Assembly: GCA_965112155.1 (NCBI GenBank)
Contig: OZ218104.1
Origin: Podarcis liolepis
Taxonomy: Eukaryota
Length of the DNA stretch: 64,000 nucleotides
Reading direction: 5' to 3' (one strand)
Under the pieces are notes generated by a model that was not told the origin of the DNA, did no database searches, and saw only the letters and a program-made list of their open reading frames with translations. Of the stretch, positions 11,871 to 24,913 are shown one piece after another. Made by a program: the position numbers and the translations under genes. The stretch's first letter is position 1; each line of letters starts with the position of its first letter.

Positions 11871-12199
11871 ATAATACGAAGCGCAAATGTCACTGTTTCA
11901 AAGGACAGCCAAGCAAGATGAACATTCTCTGACAATAAAATGCTACAGCAGGCTTATAAATAAATGCTTGGTTCAACAACTTAAGAACAAACGAGGCGAT
12001 TCAGTTACTCCAGAACACAAAATTCATAAGCAATGTAGCGACACATGACAAGGGGATTATCAAATAATAAAAAGCTGCCGTTGTGTCAAAAGCGATACAC
12101 CTCATTCCAGGTCCCCCCAACACTGCTCTGGCTGCCAATATACTAAAGCAGGAAGGCTGGGAACCTTTTTGCAGTTGAGGGCTGGGGAATGAAAAGTGA

Positions 12200-12302
12200 C
12201 TGCTTGCAAGTTTCCAACAGGCATCTGGCTGACCGCTGAGAGAACAGGATGCTGGATTAGATTGGCCATTGGCCTGATCCAGCAGGACTCTTCTTAAACA
12301 CA
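12200..12302 (+). mobile_element. CR1-type 3' end
   Basis: gagaacaggatgctggattagattggccattggcctgatccagcagg...tcttctta. Confidence 0.7.
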
Positions 12303-12776
12303 TAGGTTCAGTGCTCTCCCCAGAATCCTAGACCTACCAAATCCCCCTACAGAGCACAGATTATATGGTTTGCCAGAGGTGATTATAAATATTTCGGTGA
12401 ACTCCTCCATCCTTTCCTTTCTCCCTCCTGCTTTCAATTCCAAAGTCTCCATTTCACTTTCTTTTGGTAGGCAACAGACAGGCCTCCTTTCCGCCAGCCA
12501 CTTGGGCTTCCCAAGTCATGCCAGGCAAAGCTGAGCTTTGATCTCTTCTCATGGCTTCTCTTGAACCCTGCGAGCATTGACTGGCCCTGGGACAGTGTTC
12601 GAGGAGGCAAACATCTGCCTCGTTCCCCTGACTTCTGCCCTGATCTTGTATCACTTCGCAATGCAAGAATGTGAAAGGACCCGAGGGAGAATGAGCAAAA
12701 GGCCTAGAAAGAAAAAAATACCCTTTTCGGGTAAAGATTAAAAAAATGAAAGGCGGGATGGGGAGAAGAGATAACA

Positions 12777-12974
12777 GTGCACCTGCTTAAAGCACCCGGA
12801 ATGACCATCACACAGTTTTGGAGAAAATTAGACATGGCCCACCTTACTACTTGGTACATGCTGGAAAAACTAACGAATAAGCTGAGAGTCCTTAGATGTG
12901 AAAGAAAGAAGAATGATTCCGTACCTGTTTGGTCTGATTTTATTTCATTTGTAAGCAAGAAGGAACATGGCTGA
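12777..12974 (+). mobile_element. Degenerate L1-clade ORF2 C-terminal relic
   Basis: ITQFWRK...W..MLEKLT..LR...VWSDFISF resembles the extreme C-terminus of non-mammalian L1 ORF2. Confidence 0.5.
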
Positions 12975-13094
12975 GGACCTCCCCCAACCCCACCGTGGCC
13001 TATGAATGAATATGGCTAATTCAGCAACTCAGGGCATTTGAATACTTTAATTCATGTTTTGTGACCACAGACAGACAGATATGCTTCTGAATAC

Positions 13095-13241
13095 TAGCTG
13101 CTGCAAACCACAGGAGTGGGCAGTGCTCTTCTGATTGGGTCCTGCTTGTGGGTTTCCCAGAAGAAGTATCTGGTTGGGCAATGTGAGAACAGGATGCTCT
13201 CTGCAGGGGCCATTTGGCTGATCCAGCAGCCTCTTCTTATG
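13095..13241 (+). mobile_element. CR1-type 3' end
   Basis: Same 3'-end family, ending ctcttcttatg. Confidence 0.7.
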
Positions 13242-13865
13242 TGCCCTTCCCTTGCCACACTTTTAGGCTGCAAGCAACCCAGAGCACGCTTCCCCTTGAC
13301 GCATGTTTCACTGAAATCAATGGGAGCAATTTCCAAGTTCACAGTGTTCAGAACTGAGACGTCTCCCGTTGTTTCTCTGGGGCTAAACATCTCCAATTCT
13401 GCCAGTCTTCCCTCCCGGAAACTGCCTTCAAGACAGATCCCTTTAGAATCATTCTCATAGCTCTCCTCTCCCAATTTGTTCAAAGCCTTCTTGAAGTGTG
13501 CTGCTACCCAGAAGGAAACACTCTAAAAGAGATCGTCTCTGTGGCGAGCAGAGCACGATTTCCCAAGTTTTGGAAACAGAACATCTCTTGTCATAAACTG
13601 GGGGAGGCCTTGGCCTTTTCAACCACAGTGTTATATGGCTGAATTTGCTATGTGTTGTAACGATGCTTATGGTCATTATGTTTTTGCAAGGAAAAATGGC
13701 ATTTCTGGTATCTGTGATTTTACAAGAAAACCTACAATGGGAGGGATGCATTTTGCACCAAAAAAGAAAAAGGGTCCTTTCCAGCCATTAACATTAGCAA
13801 TGTTCAGGACAATAAGTCATGAATTAGCAACAGAAATGTGAAGCCCTGACCCCATAATTCTTAAG

Positions 13866-14060
13866 AGCCAGCGTAGTATAGTGGTTAGAATCTCAGACTA
13901 GGACCTGGGGTTCAAATTCCTACTCAGTCACTGGATGATTTTGGACCAGTCACTGCCTCTCAGCATAGCTCACCTCACAGTGTTGTTGTGCAGATTAAAT
14001 GAGGAGAGCAAGAATTGTGTACGTCACCTTGCGCTCCTTGGAGAAAGAGGTGGAATATAA
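13866..14060 (+). mobile_element. tRNA-derived CORE/MIR-like SINE
   Basis: agccagcgtagtatagtggttagaat...gggttcaaatt...cacctcacagtgttgttgtg. Confidence 0.75.
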
Positions 14061-15293
14061 AACCCTACAGGTTAAGTCTTTTTTAGCATGGAAATACAAT
14101 TTCTCTGGTTTTGTGTTATGTCATGTCCCCCACGGCAGCCATTTTGTGACTGGTGCCTACAGCACTGTTTCAAAATGTCCTCTCGGTCTAAAACCTGGAC
14201 CGACCTTTGCTGTGGTAAGTTTACCTCATCAACCTTGTCACAAAACTTGTTGGTTTTATTTATTTACTTAAAAGCACTTCTATTTTCTGTTATAAAAAAG
14301 ACGTAAAAATAGGAATTCACAAATAACAAGGTTGAATCTCATTGGCCAGGGAAACTCTGTGCCAAGAGATATGTCTTCACATGATGTGGGACACAACTGA
14401 TGGATGCTGCCTCCATCAGAAGGAAGGTCATCTCACAGAGAAGGGCAAATGGCAGAAAATGCCTGCTTTCTAGTTCACTGCCCTGCAGTGTTTTGTAAGG
14501 TGTGCCTGCCACTTTGCCACTGAAAATAGTCTTTGAAATGCATCACGGGATAATGTAACATATATCCTGAATTATTTTTCAGCTAAAATGGACAGCAAGC
14601 TCGCAAGCACCCGCTTCTGTGACACCACAATTTGCAACACCTGATGTTTGCAGCAGACAAAATTTGCAGGTGTCGTCGAGAAAGAGTCTATACATAGCAG
14701 AGGGTGTTGTGCGTCTTCATTAAACAGAACAGAATGAACTCCATCCTCTGTTCTCGTTCAAGAGCTGTGCATTTTAAAAAGGTCGTACAGGGCTTAACGA
14801 TTCCATTTTCTGAGAAAGCATTTGTGACTAGGATGTGGGGCGAGTCCTCTCTCTCCAGTTATGAATTCAAGCCAGTCTGGTTACCGCCCCCCCCCCATTA
14901 AAAATCGTAAAATGGAATTCAGAATTAAGCAAGTATCCAGATGCAGAATGTGGACCTTCAAAATTCTAAGCCAGCCTTTGCCAACACCTGGCACCTTCCA
15001 GATGTTTTCGACAGCAACTTCTGTCAGCCAAATTGCAACCCGAAACATCTGGAGGGCACTGTGTGGGCAAAGGCTGTCCTGAACCTTGAGGACAGATTGC
15101 TGTCACAGTTTCAAATCCCCTGCCTAACCATCAGCAAGCCAGAGATTAACACTGAAGACTCTGTCGCTATGGAGGGCTTGGATGTTTGTTAACCTGAAAT
15201 GAATTACCATTTAGATTTAGATGGGGCAGGGAACAACCCCGGGGTATAAAACAAGAAGCTTTGCCCTACAACTTGTTGAAGAGAGACCTCACT

Positions 15294-15454
15294 ATCATAG
15301 AATCATAGTTGGAATAGACCACAAGGGCCATCGAGTCCAACCCCCTGCCAAGCAGGAAACACCATCAGAGCACTCCTGACATATGGTTGTCAAGCCTCTG
15401 CTTAAAGACCTCTAAAGAAGGAGACTCCACCACACTCCTTGGCAGCAAATTCCA
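15294..15454 (-). mobile_element. CR1 LINE 3' end, young subfamily
   Basis: (ATTCTATG)n-type tail (atcatagaatcatag on the plus strand); near-identical to 54051-54225. Confidence 0.85.
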
Positions 15455-16882
15455 TGGTCTAGCCCAAGAGGTTGCCAACCTTTTTGGGCATGTGGGTACA
15501 GCTGTAAGCTGGAGAAGCTGTTGTGGGCACCATCCCCACCCACCTATTCTATTGGCTGCAATAAAACACTTCTTTCAAAGGTGTTTTCTGTGGGGGGAGG
15601 GGACCCTATGGGTGCCAGTGAAGGCTTCTGTGGGTGCCATGTTGGCAATCCCTGCTCTTGCATAAAGGATAACAGACTGGAGAAACGATGTGCCTTGTTT
15701 GGGTTGACAAAGCCACAATGTTTTTTTATTTTATTTTATTTTTTAAAGGCCATAAGCCAGCTTTTTGAACTGCATACTGCTCTTCACCTGGGCCAGGTAT
15801 TCAGAGCAATAAAATTCCAACCACCCAAAGTGCCACAGTGACATGTTTTGCAACTGACTTCACTTGGTTTCTCGCTGTAGCCTGAAGCCCATTTGCTCTG
15901 CCCAAAACATCCTCTGCCAATGGAGGCCTTTCCACGCTCTACTCCCCCCTGCCCGTGCCCCCTGCCAAACATCCTGAGACAGGCAGCTGGATGCTCAACT
16001 CTCCCAATGAAAATGCCCTCATTGCTCTGGTCCTCGCTAATGAGTGTCAAACTATCAAGGCTGCTCAGTGCCAAGGTCCGCTGTAGGGTAGCCCTCCCAT
16101 GGGCGAGCTCCCCTATTTAGGGCGGGGGAGAAAGCCGTTCAGAGGGGTTTGCCAAATCACAAACTTACATTTCTCGCATCCTACCTATCCGTCTTTCCTT
16201 GTTTCATATGTTAATTTTAAAATCTTAAATAAAAAATAAAAAGGAAGAAAAGGGGGGGGGGGAATAACTAACTCAATCAAACCCCCATAAAAACCTTTGA
16301 GTATAAAGTGGAACACATTTTGTTTAAAATACTCTGGGCAATTTTTATAGAACATCCTCTTGAAGGGGAAAAAAAGTGCAGAGATCATTTTTTTAAGTCC
16401 ATCCCGGAGGCTCTATCATTTAATTATGAGTGGGACATAAATTATGCATTTACACATTGTTGCGTTTTCTATAAAGTGGCATGGAGAAGCAGCTCCCCCT
16501 CCTTCCTTTCCTCCTTTCCCCTCTTCTTCTTCTTTTTTTGTAGTTTTGGTACACTCTTTTTTCTTCCTAGGGGCACTTTGGAGGGAAGAAAGGACTGCGG
16601 GGTATGAGCTGATGAAAAAAAATTAGCATTTGTCAGCCTAACGCCATTATGAGATCAGCATGGTGCTAACACACACAAAAATCTAAATCTCTCTTTCTCT
16701 CCCCCACCAACAACTTAGACTTAAGGGAAAAGGGAAAGGGAGAGAGAGGAAAAACGTCCATGATCTCACCAGGCAAAAAATGCCTCCTTCTTCCAGTGAC
16801 ACAGAGGCAATTGGGCAGAAGGGACTCATCTGCTTAGTACTGAACGTGAAAAGAAAATGATAGAACGGATGAGGCCCATTAC

Positions 16883-17188
16883 CTGCACCGAATTCAACCG
16901 ACAGTATCCGTTCAAAGGAAACCTAATGACGTGGGTGGGGTCTTGGTTCCAGCCTGCGTTGACCGAGTTGCACATGACGTCCCCTGTCTCTGGGAAGATC
17001 TCCTCGATCAATGCCTTCTCTCCGCTCAGTGCAATCCTTTCCCCGAGATCCGGAGTCACCCTTACAACCAAGCAGTCACAGGGCTGGAAGTGCTTCCTTT
17101 GTTCCTTCTCCTGCTTCCATCGCTCCAGCTCCTTGATCATCGGCTGCAGCTGGTAGTACTTGGCCTCTTCGTATAAAAGATTAAAATC
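16883..17188 (-). CDS. KCTD15: KCTD15 penultimate coding exon (BTB end plus C-terminal domain)
   Basis: 306 nt, 102 codons: [26 protein letters not shown]...[66 protein letters not shown]. Acceptor AAG (AG at 17190-17189), donor GTAATG from 16882. Phase 0 at both ends, in frame with the neighbouring exons. Confidence 0.97.
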
Positions 17189-17270
17189 CTTTTAAAAAAG
17201 GAGAGAAAGAGAGCTTACGTATCTCAGCACTTATGGATTTCATATATCTAAATCCAAATCTCTATCTATA

Positions 17271-17520
17271 CAGTCGTACCTTGGAAGTCGAACGGAATCC
17301 GTTCCAGAAGTCTGTTCGACTTCCAAAACGTTCAAAAACTAAATCATGGCTTCTGATTGGCTGCAGGAAGCTCCTGCAGCCAATCAGAAGCTGTGGAAGC
17401 CCCGTCGGACGTTCAGCTTCCAAAAGAATGTTCGCAAACTGGAACACTCACTTCCGGGTTTCTGCGTTTGGGAGCCAAAACGTCTGAGTACCAGGGTGTT
17501 CAGGATCCAAGGTATGGCTG
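17271..17520. mobile_element. Tigger/pogo-like MITE (second family)
   Basis: TIR CAGTCGTACCTTGG / CCAAGGTATGGCTG with TA TSD; internal inverted repeat ttctgattggctgcagg / cctgcagccaatcagaa. Confidence 0.85.
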
Positions 17521-17536
17521 TATCTATATCTATACA

Positions 17537-17789
17537 CATGGGTAGGCAAACTAAGGCCCAGGGGCCAGATCCGGCTCAATCACCTTCTCAATCCGGCCCG
17601 CAGACGGTCCAGGAATCAGCATGTTTTTACATGAGTAGAATGTGTCCTTTTATTTAAAATGCATCTCTGGGTTATTTGTGGGGCATAAGAATTCATTCAT
17701 TCCCCACCACCCAAAAAATATAGTCCGGCCCCCCACAAGGTCTGAGGGACAGTGGACCGGCCCCCTGCTGAAAAAGTTTGCTGACCCTG
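17537..17789. mobile_element. hAT-Charlie-like MITE
   Basis: Ends catgggtaggcaaac / gtttgctgaccctg; perfect 8-bp TSD tctataca. Sister copy at 39569-39889. Confidence 0.88.
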
Positions 17790-19873
17790 TCTATACACAT
17801 AATCTGTCTGTGAAGAGGAAATTATGCATGTAATCTCCAAAGGGCTTTGGGGAATGTGCATATCTCAACTGAATTTTGTACATTTTCTGGTCAATGTGCA
17901 CAGTCTCCAAAAAAAAGCCTTGCCTCCATCTCTATTTCAGAACTGTGCAATCTGAATCCTGCAGGCTGCTTCTGTCCACTTCCTGATCTTACGGGTATCA
18001 CAATACCCTCTTCACAGATCAGCCAAGCAGTGAGAAGAAGGGGCGGGTTTTCCAGAAATGTTATTTTCTGGCAGTCCAGCCTTTTCCCACCACTCTCAGT
18101 TGTTCCTCAGTCAGCTGAGCAGCACAAGGGGGGCTGCAGGGAGAAGAAAAATGTGACCCGTCCCATCCTACAAACCTGACAGAAACGATCCCTCTCCACC
18201 ATGCTGCTATTAAACTGAGGTAAAAGCTCAATCACAGCATGGAATCCGTCATCGTGGGGATTTTAGTGGAAAGAAAAGTTCACCAGGAAGGGTTACCCAC
18301 ACAGGAAAAAGTGCTGGGAAATGCATCGTTTCCACCAGGGAGGAGCTGCCTCCATCTTGTGCTCCAAGGGAAGAACCTGGGCCTTGAGGTGGAGGAGAGG
18401 ATTGAGGTAAGCACAGCCCTGCTTGAAACAGCCTGCCTGAAGGCTATCCTTGCCCCAGCCCTTTCTGTAACCATTTGAGCTGGATGGTGCCCCTGCTTGA
18501 ATGCACACCGCAGCTCTGAAAACCATGGAAATGGGAGGACCTTAAGGGACTACTGTACCCGTAGCAGAAATAACAGTGCTTAATAAAGACTATTCCAATG
18601 CAACACACTGGATGTCTGAAGCTAAGGAGCTGGCTGCTCAGTTCAAGTCAACATATGGAATTCAAGATCTAGACTCCAAACTCAGCCACCCTAAGCCCCC
18701 TTAGTTCCCCCTTGCCTGCCTGCATCTTTCCTGGCAACAACACACAGCTCCCTAATAGTCTCCTGTTCAATTTGCACCTTGGCTTCTCCTTTCAAAAACT
18801 CTTAAGTTTCCACAATCTCTTGTGTCCTCAGGCCTCTTCCTAAATTGTCCCACTCTCCTGAGCCACCCTTTCTCTTGACCAACTTCCCCAGTTGGTCCAA
18901 CTCCTCTCTCCTTCCCTCAACAACATACACACCCCTCTCCTGACCATAAGTACTTCCTTGCCTCTGAGTGCCATCCTTTCAATTCCTTGGGTCCCAGGGG
19001 AACCTCTTTTCAGTTCTGTTCGTAGTAAAATATTTCAATCCCAACCAAACTGGCAACTCTCATTTCCTCGCAGAAGATGGACAGCAATCATTCCCTGAAC
19101 AACTGACGATTTCACGTCACAGTCTTCACGGCTACAAGCACAATTCAATACAGTTTCTCTCATGATCTTTTGACAATCCCCCTAAAGGAAGGTGCTACTA
19201 TGCCCTTAATGTTGGGGGCTGAGGCTGGGGGAAAGGGAAGCTGCTGAAAGGAGGTTCATTGTAGAGGTGTGATTTGAAACTTCCTGGTTCTTAGCTGTGT
19301 GTGTTTTGGTTACTATGCTAAATGAGCTCTCATGGAAAAAGAACACTCATCCGCCCATGGAAATCTGGCAAGCAAGCTGACTGCAAAAAAAGCCATCCTT
19401 TGGAATTCCCCACTACAGGACAGTGTTCAGGCAAAGCATTTCACAATGTTCCTCAAATACTTGGCAGCCAGCCCTACGGCACGACAAGAACTTGAATGAA
19501 GCTTGACTTAACCACACCCACAGAGTACAGGAAGTCTCATCTTAATATCTACAATGATAAGAGTCAGTTGCAAAGCCAAAGATCTCACTGGGGCTCACTG
19601 GGCCTTCTTTTAACCCCTCCAGAAGTTTTGGACTGCAACTCTTATCATTAGTCCAATGTAGCATCCGACTTCCTTTTGAGTGTGTTGAGAGAAGCCTGCT
19701 TTAAGTTAGCAGAAGCCTGTCTTAAAACTTGGCTTTTCCTTCATTCTCTGGGGTAAAGAAAAATGTGCAAATTATTTCTGGTGGCTTTTCTTTTTGCATC
19801 AGATATATTACATTCTGGGATCCTGTTAAGACCCTGCCAATCTTAGGGTCCTGGTAGAAAATGAGAAGGAAGG

Positions 19874-20568
19874 AAGGTTCTGCACTTAGGCAGGAAGAAC
19901 CAGCTGCACAAATATAAGATGGGAGACACCTGGCTTACTAGTAGTACAGGTGAAAGGATCTAGGGGTCTTGGTGGATCACCAGCTTAACATGAGTCAACA
20001 GTGTGATGCAGAAGCAAAAAATGCTAATGCTATTCTAGGCTGCATCAACAGAAGTATAGTGTCCAGATCAAGGGAATCCATAGTACCACTCTATTCTGCC
20101 TTGGTCAGACCATACATGGAATACTGTGTCCTGTTCTGGGTTATCACAATTTAATAAGGATATTGACAAGCTGGAAAATCAGAGGATGGCAACCAAGATA
20201 ATCAAGGGTCTGGAAACCAAGCCTAATGAGGAGTGGTTGAAGGAGCTGCGTATGTTTTGTCTGGAAAAGAGGAGACTGAGAAGAGATATGACAGCCATGG
20301 AAGATGGAGCAAGCTTGTTTTCTCCTGCTCTGGAGGGCAGGACTCGAACCAATGAAAAGAAAGGAGATATCAACTAAACATCAGGAAGAACTTTCTGATA
20401 GTAAGAGATTTTGACAGTGGAACAGTCTCCCTCAGGAGGCTGTGGACTCTCCTTCACTGGAGGTTTTAAAGCAGGTTGACTGGCCATCTGTCATGGAAGC
20501 TTCAGCTGAGATTCCTGAATTGCAGGGGGTTGGACCTTGGGGTCCCTTCCAACTCTACAATTCTATGA
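19874..20568 (+). mobile_element. CR1 LINE, 5'-truncated (RT C-terminus plus 3' end)
   Basis: Peptide [52 protein letters not shown] is the CR1 RT C-terminus; frameshifted; ends ccttccaactctacaattctatga. Confidence 0.92.
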
Positions 20569-20604
20569 CTTTCTCATTTTGATCTTTTTCAACATTCCTT
20601 TTGA

Positions 20605-20606
<2 letters not shown>

Positions 20607-20656
<50 letters not shown>
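20607..20656. repeat. (TA)n microsatellite
   Basis: About 25 TA units. Confidence 0.95.
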
Positions 20657-20658
<2 letters not shown>

Positions 20659-22429
20659 CGCTTTCCTTGAAGGTGGTGTTTCTTGGTTGAATAGTCTGCC
20701 AATTCATGCCCACCCCCACAAACCCCTTCAGTATATCTTCAAAAGTTTTCACCTACTGATCGCGCAAAAGAGTTGCAGCCTCTCCCAGTAATGCAAAGTT
20801 TTCAAAGCTGCTCCCAATTTGTTTCTGGCCCCTCTTCAAAGAACTTGCTTTGACCCACAGAGACCTTGGTTCCTGAAGGATTCCCTTTCTCCATATGTAC
20901 CTAGCTGTAGCTAGGTCCTTTGAGCAGACCCTTCTTCAAATGCCCCATTAATCTGAGGTTTGAAGGGTGGTGAGGCCTGGAACTTTACACCCTCCCTTGA
21001 GGAGCCCCACATGCCCTAGTGATGGGCCCATTGAGGTCTAATGCCACACCCATTGTTCAGAAAAGGAGCCGGATGCCTGATTATCACACCAGTGACTTTT
21101 AATTTTCACCTAAGAGAAGGGCCTTTTGTCCATGTTGACAGGGCAGCACCCAAGACAGCCTTGAAAGGCAGGTGTGAGATTTTGTTCCCAGCCTTGCTGC
21201 GCCCGGGAGTTTGCTAACACCCCTGCTAATCTGATGCTGCTCATCTGATACAGGGATGATTTCACTCCCACTTTGTACTGATGACTTAGGGCAGAAAATG
21301 ACAGACTCCAGCCTGGAAAAGTGCTGACATGGAAAGAAATGGCAAGGAAACCTGAAGCACCTTCTTTGCAGCTCCCTGCAAGGGGCAAATAGCAACCCAC
21401 AGGGTCCGTCAGCTAACAGAGTCCAACTGGCTGAGATGTGTTCAGTGGCTGCTAACATTAACAATGTTCAGGAGTCTGCATACGAAGCACACATTCACAG
21501 AAGCCTCTGCTTGGCTGTAGTAGCTCTATCAGCTGCTACAGGCATCCGGAGCCCCTCCATTCCAGCCTTCTCAGCAGTGCCAATGGTGCTCCCCTGAATA
21601 TGGCTCTTGGCTGAGAGATGTTCTTGCTTTACGCCTTCCTGTGTTTAGCACGAAGGTCTGTGCAGGGTCTCTTAGTGCAGCTAAGGAACCCTGCAAAGAT
21701 ATTCCTTCACACTCAACAGGCACAAGTATCAAGACACCTGGAGACCTTGGCTGCCACCTCCCCCTGCCCCAAATTTAAGCCCTCTCATGTACAGATGAAA
21801 ACCTGAATGGATCTTGTGTAAGAAACAGATGCCCAGGCTTGCTCCACCAGTTACACTAAAAATGACTGAATCTTGAATACAAGAGGGTGGCTAGGCAGAT
21901 TTGGCCACTGTAATATGCAGACAGCCACCAGTCCTTAGTGTGGGCTATGGGACTCCTGTGGCTCTAGGTTGCTCTTGGGATTGGGCTACCTGCCCAGAGA
22001 CATCCCTGTTCAGGAGGCTAAGAAAAACAGCTGCTTTGAGCAACAGATAATGGGGGCTACTAAGGGTGGCCCAATTGGGCTGGATGCACCAGTATGTTCT
22101 CTGAAATGAATGGAAGCCCCACAAGAGTATGGCAGCCCCATATTCATTTGTCTTGGACTCCTAGGATGTCCATGTGTGAGGGCAAATGTACCTGGAGGCA
22201 TCATGCAATCTCTACAGGGAAGCTGTTTTGTGGGTGTTTGTAGGTCCAGGACAGACCTTCTTCTTCAGAATAGACATTATCAATTGGGGGGGGGGGAGAT
22301 CAGCCTGGATGAAACCCTGGCTCCCTTCCAAACCTGCAATCCTGTATCTCTGACGCTAGAATGTATAAGAGGGAACCTGTTGGACTGGTCAAACCCGTCT
22401 CTTTGTCTATTTCTTCATGCAGTGCATAG

Positions 22430-22736
22430 CTAAACTATGGAACTCATTTCCCCCAGGAGGCAGCAATGGCCACCAACCTAGACAGCATTAAAAGAGGATT
22501 AGACAAATTCATGGAGAAGGCTATCAGTGGCTACCACCCATGATGGCTATGTTCTGCCTCTATGGTTGGAGACAGCAATGCTTCTGAATACCAGTTGCTG
22601 GAAACCACAGGAAAGGAGACTGCTCTTGTGCTCCGGTCCTAATTGTAGGTTTCCCACAGTCATCTAATTGGTCACTGTGGGAACAGGATGCTAGACTAGA
22701 TGGGCCGTTGGCCTGATCCAGCAGGCTCTTCTTATG
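22430..22736 (+). mobile_element. CR1-type 3' fragment
   Basis: aaaagaggattagacaaattcatggag...ggcctgatccagcaggctcttcttatg. Confidence 0.8.
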
Positions 22737-23011
22737 TCAAGCTAAGTACCCAACTTCTGCATCTTAAGTGAGTTCCGTTGTCAGAGAAATAAAGGGTTGG
22801 GCCTTCCCCACCCGGTTGGCCTGTAGAAGAACAATAGCTAGATAAGTTGTTGTGTGTGAGAGTAGAAAGCTGGATGCTGGAGACACAGAGACATGTCCTG
22901 CTCTGTGGTAGGCCTAAGCTGAGCTTTGGGGCTTCTCTGGGAATCAAATGGAGAAGCAAGATCTGTTGGGGTTTCAATGCTGTCAGCTTCTCCATCCAAT
23001 GCATAGGTTAT

Positions 23012-23248
23012 GTACCTTGGGTTACATACGCTTCAGGTTACATACGCTTCAGGTTACAGGCTCCATTAACCCAGAAATATTACCTCAGGTTAAGAACTTT
23101 GCTTCAGGATGAGAACAGAAATCGTGCTCTGGCGGCGCGGTGGCAGCAGGAGGCCCCATTAGCTAAAGCAGTGCTTCAGGTTAAGAACAGTTTCAGGTTA
23201 AGAACGGACCTCCGGAACAAATTAAGTACTTAACCCGAGGTACCACTG
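23012..23248 (+). mobile_element. Tigger/pogo-like MITE (left TIR eroded)
   Basis: Close match to 8798-9023; right TIR gaggtaccactg followed by TA is intact. Confidence 0.88.
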
Positions 23249-24044
23249 TATGTGGAAATAAAACCATGCGTCCTAAAGAAACCACAGTCTCCGCTGACCT
23301 TCGTTCCAAGGAAACCAAACCCTGGGGGAAGTGCTTGGAACTCCTGTAGCCTCTTACAACTCGGTGGCTGGGATGGCACTTAACAAGACTCTTTCTGCAC
23401 AGGCAGGCTTGTGCCTGGGTCTCAGCGCATGTAGAGTGACTGGCGCATGCTAGGTGAATTGCAGGGGGTGGGGGAACAGAGGAAGCCTGTAGAGCCAAGC
23501 CTGCACCCCATACCTTCTGCTTGCTACATGAAACAACTTTGCACTCCTCTGACTCAATGGAGCGACAGCAGTGAGCGACAGGAAGGACCCCTGAGCCAGT
23601 AATTGCTGCTGTATTTACAATTCACAAGCCCATGAAAACTGTATTAGATATTAGGAAAAGGTGCTCTCAAGGGGTGGGGGGAGGCTGTCAAAGGTAGAGC
23701 ACTTTCAAGTCTCATCTTATTAGCAACTGGAACTGTAGTTAATATTCACTGTAAACACACCAGTCAGATGCGATAATAGAGACTCGCTAGCTAGGAACTC
23801 ATATGCAGCTGCCTCCGTAGCTCAGCCTGAAAACAACACTTAAAAATTGCAATCCTCAGAGGCAGAAATTCTCAAAGTATATATTTGGAAGCGGTCCCGC
23901 CGAAATCTGAGGATCGACAACTTCCTGTGTTGTTTGCACCATTCTGCCTCCCAGCCAGCACAAAAATACTTCTGTAGCCCTCTAGTCTCAGCGTTTTTTA
24001 ATTCTCTCCTGAACTTCTAAGTACAGGCAGACTTCTAAAATAGA

Positions 24045-24275
24045 GCCAGTGTGGTGTAGTGGTTCAGAGTGCCAGACTAGGATCTCGGAGACCAGGGTTC
24101 AAATCCCCATTCAGCTATGAAGGTCACTGGGTGACCTTGGGGGGGGGCAGTTGCCACTTCTCAGCCTAAACTACCTCACAGGATCATGGTGAGAATTAAT
24201 TGAGGCGTGGGCTTGATGAAGCATGTAAGCCCCCTTGGCCTCCTTGGAGAAAAAGGTGGGATATAAATGCAACAA
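24045..24275 (+). mobile_element. tRNA-derived CORE/MIR-like SINE
   Basis: gccagtgtggtgtagtggtt...gggttcaaatccc...ctgggtgaccttggg...acctcacagg. Confidence 0.8.
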
Positions 24276-24913
24276 ACAAACAAGCTCATATGGATCATCG
24301 GAGCCATGGGGAACCAGCACATAACTGTGCAGCTTGGCTCCCTGCCTGAGGCAACCCAGTTCTGTGTGGAGACAGGTGACTTCCAAAACAATGAAAAATA
24401 GCTGAGTTTTTTTTGCGGGGGGTGGTTTATCTGACTTTGGAAGTCCCACACTCACCTTCCTCTCCCTCCCTTTCAGCAACCTCAGCTCCTCCGATTCCCC
24501 ACAAAGCCCCTCCTCTGTAAAAGCCCCTTACCCATCTGAGCTGGTGGTGGGAGCAGCAGTAGCAGCCCTCAGGTCACTCTGCAGTTAAGAGGCAAGGAGG
24601 AAGGTCTCTCATTCTCCCCCTCCCCCAGTGTTCTTGGGAAAGCTGTCCAGGGTGCTGGAGGGGGAGTATTATTGGCCTGACTAGCTGGATATAAACTTTC
24701 CACCACTTCTAAGGTATAACTGCATGTTCTCTTTTTGTATTGTTTAACTCTCTAATGTTTCAGAAACTACTGGCTGCCAATTAGCTACTGGGCTGGATTC
24801 AAAGTGCTGGCATAGACTGGGACCTTGATGCCTCAATGATTGCCTCACTCCTTATATATCCAATGGATAACTGCTTTCTGCACGATCCTACTGCAGATAC
24901 CATCTCTCTAGGA

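Noticed and set aside
21278-21300. CTGATGA...GAAA hammerhead-like word
   Set aside because: The intervening bases do not form a stem II and no flanking stems are evident.
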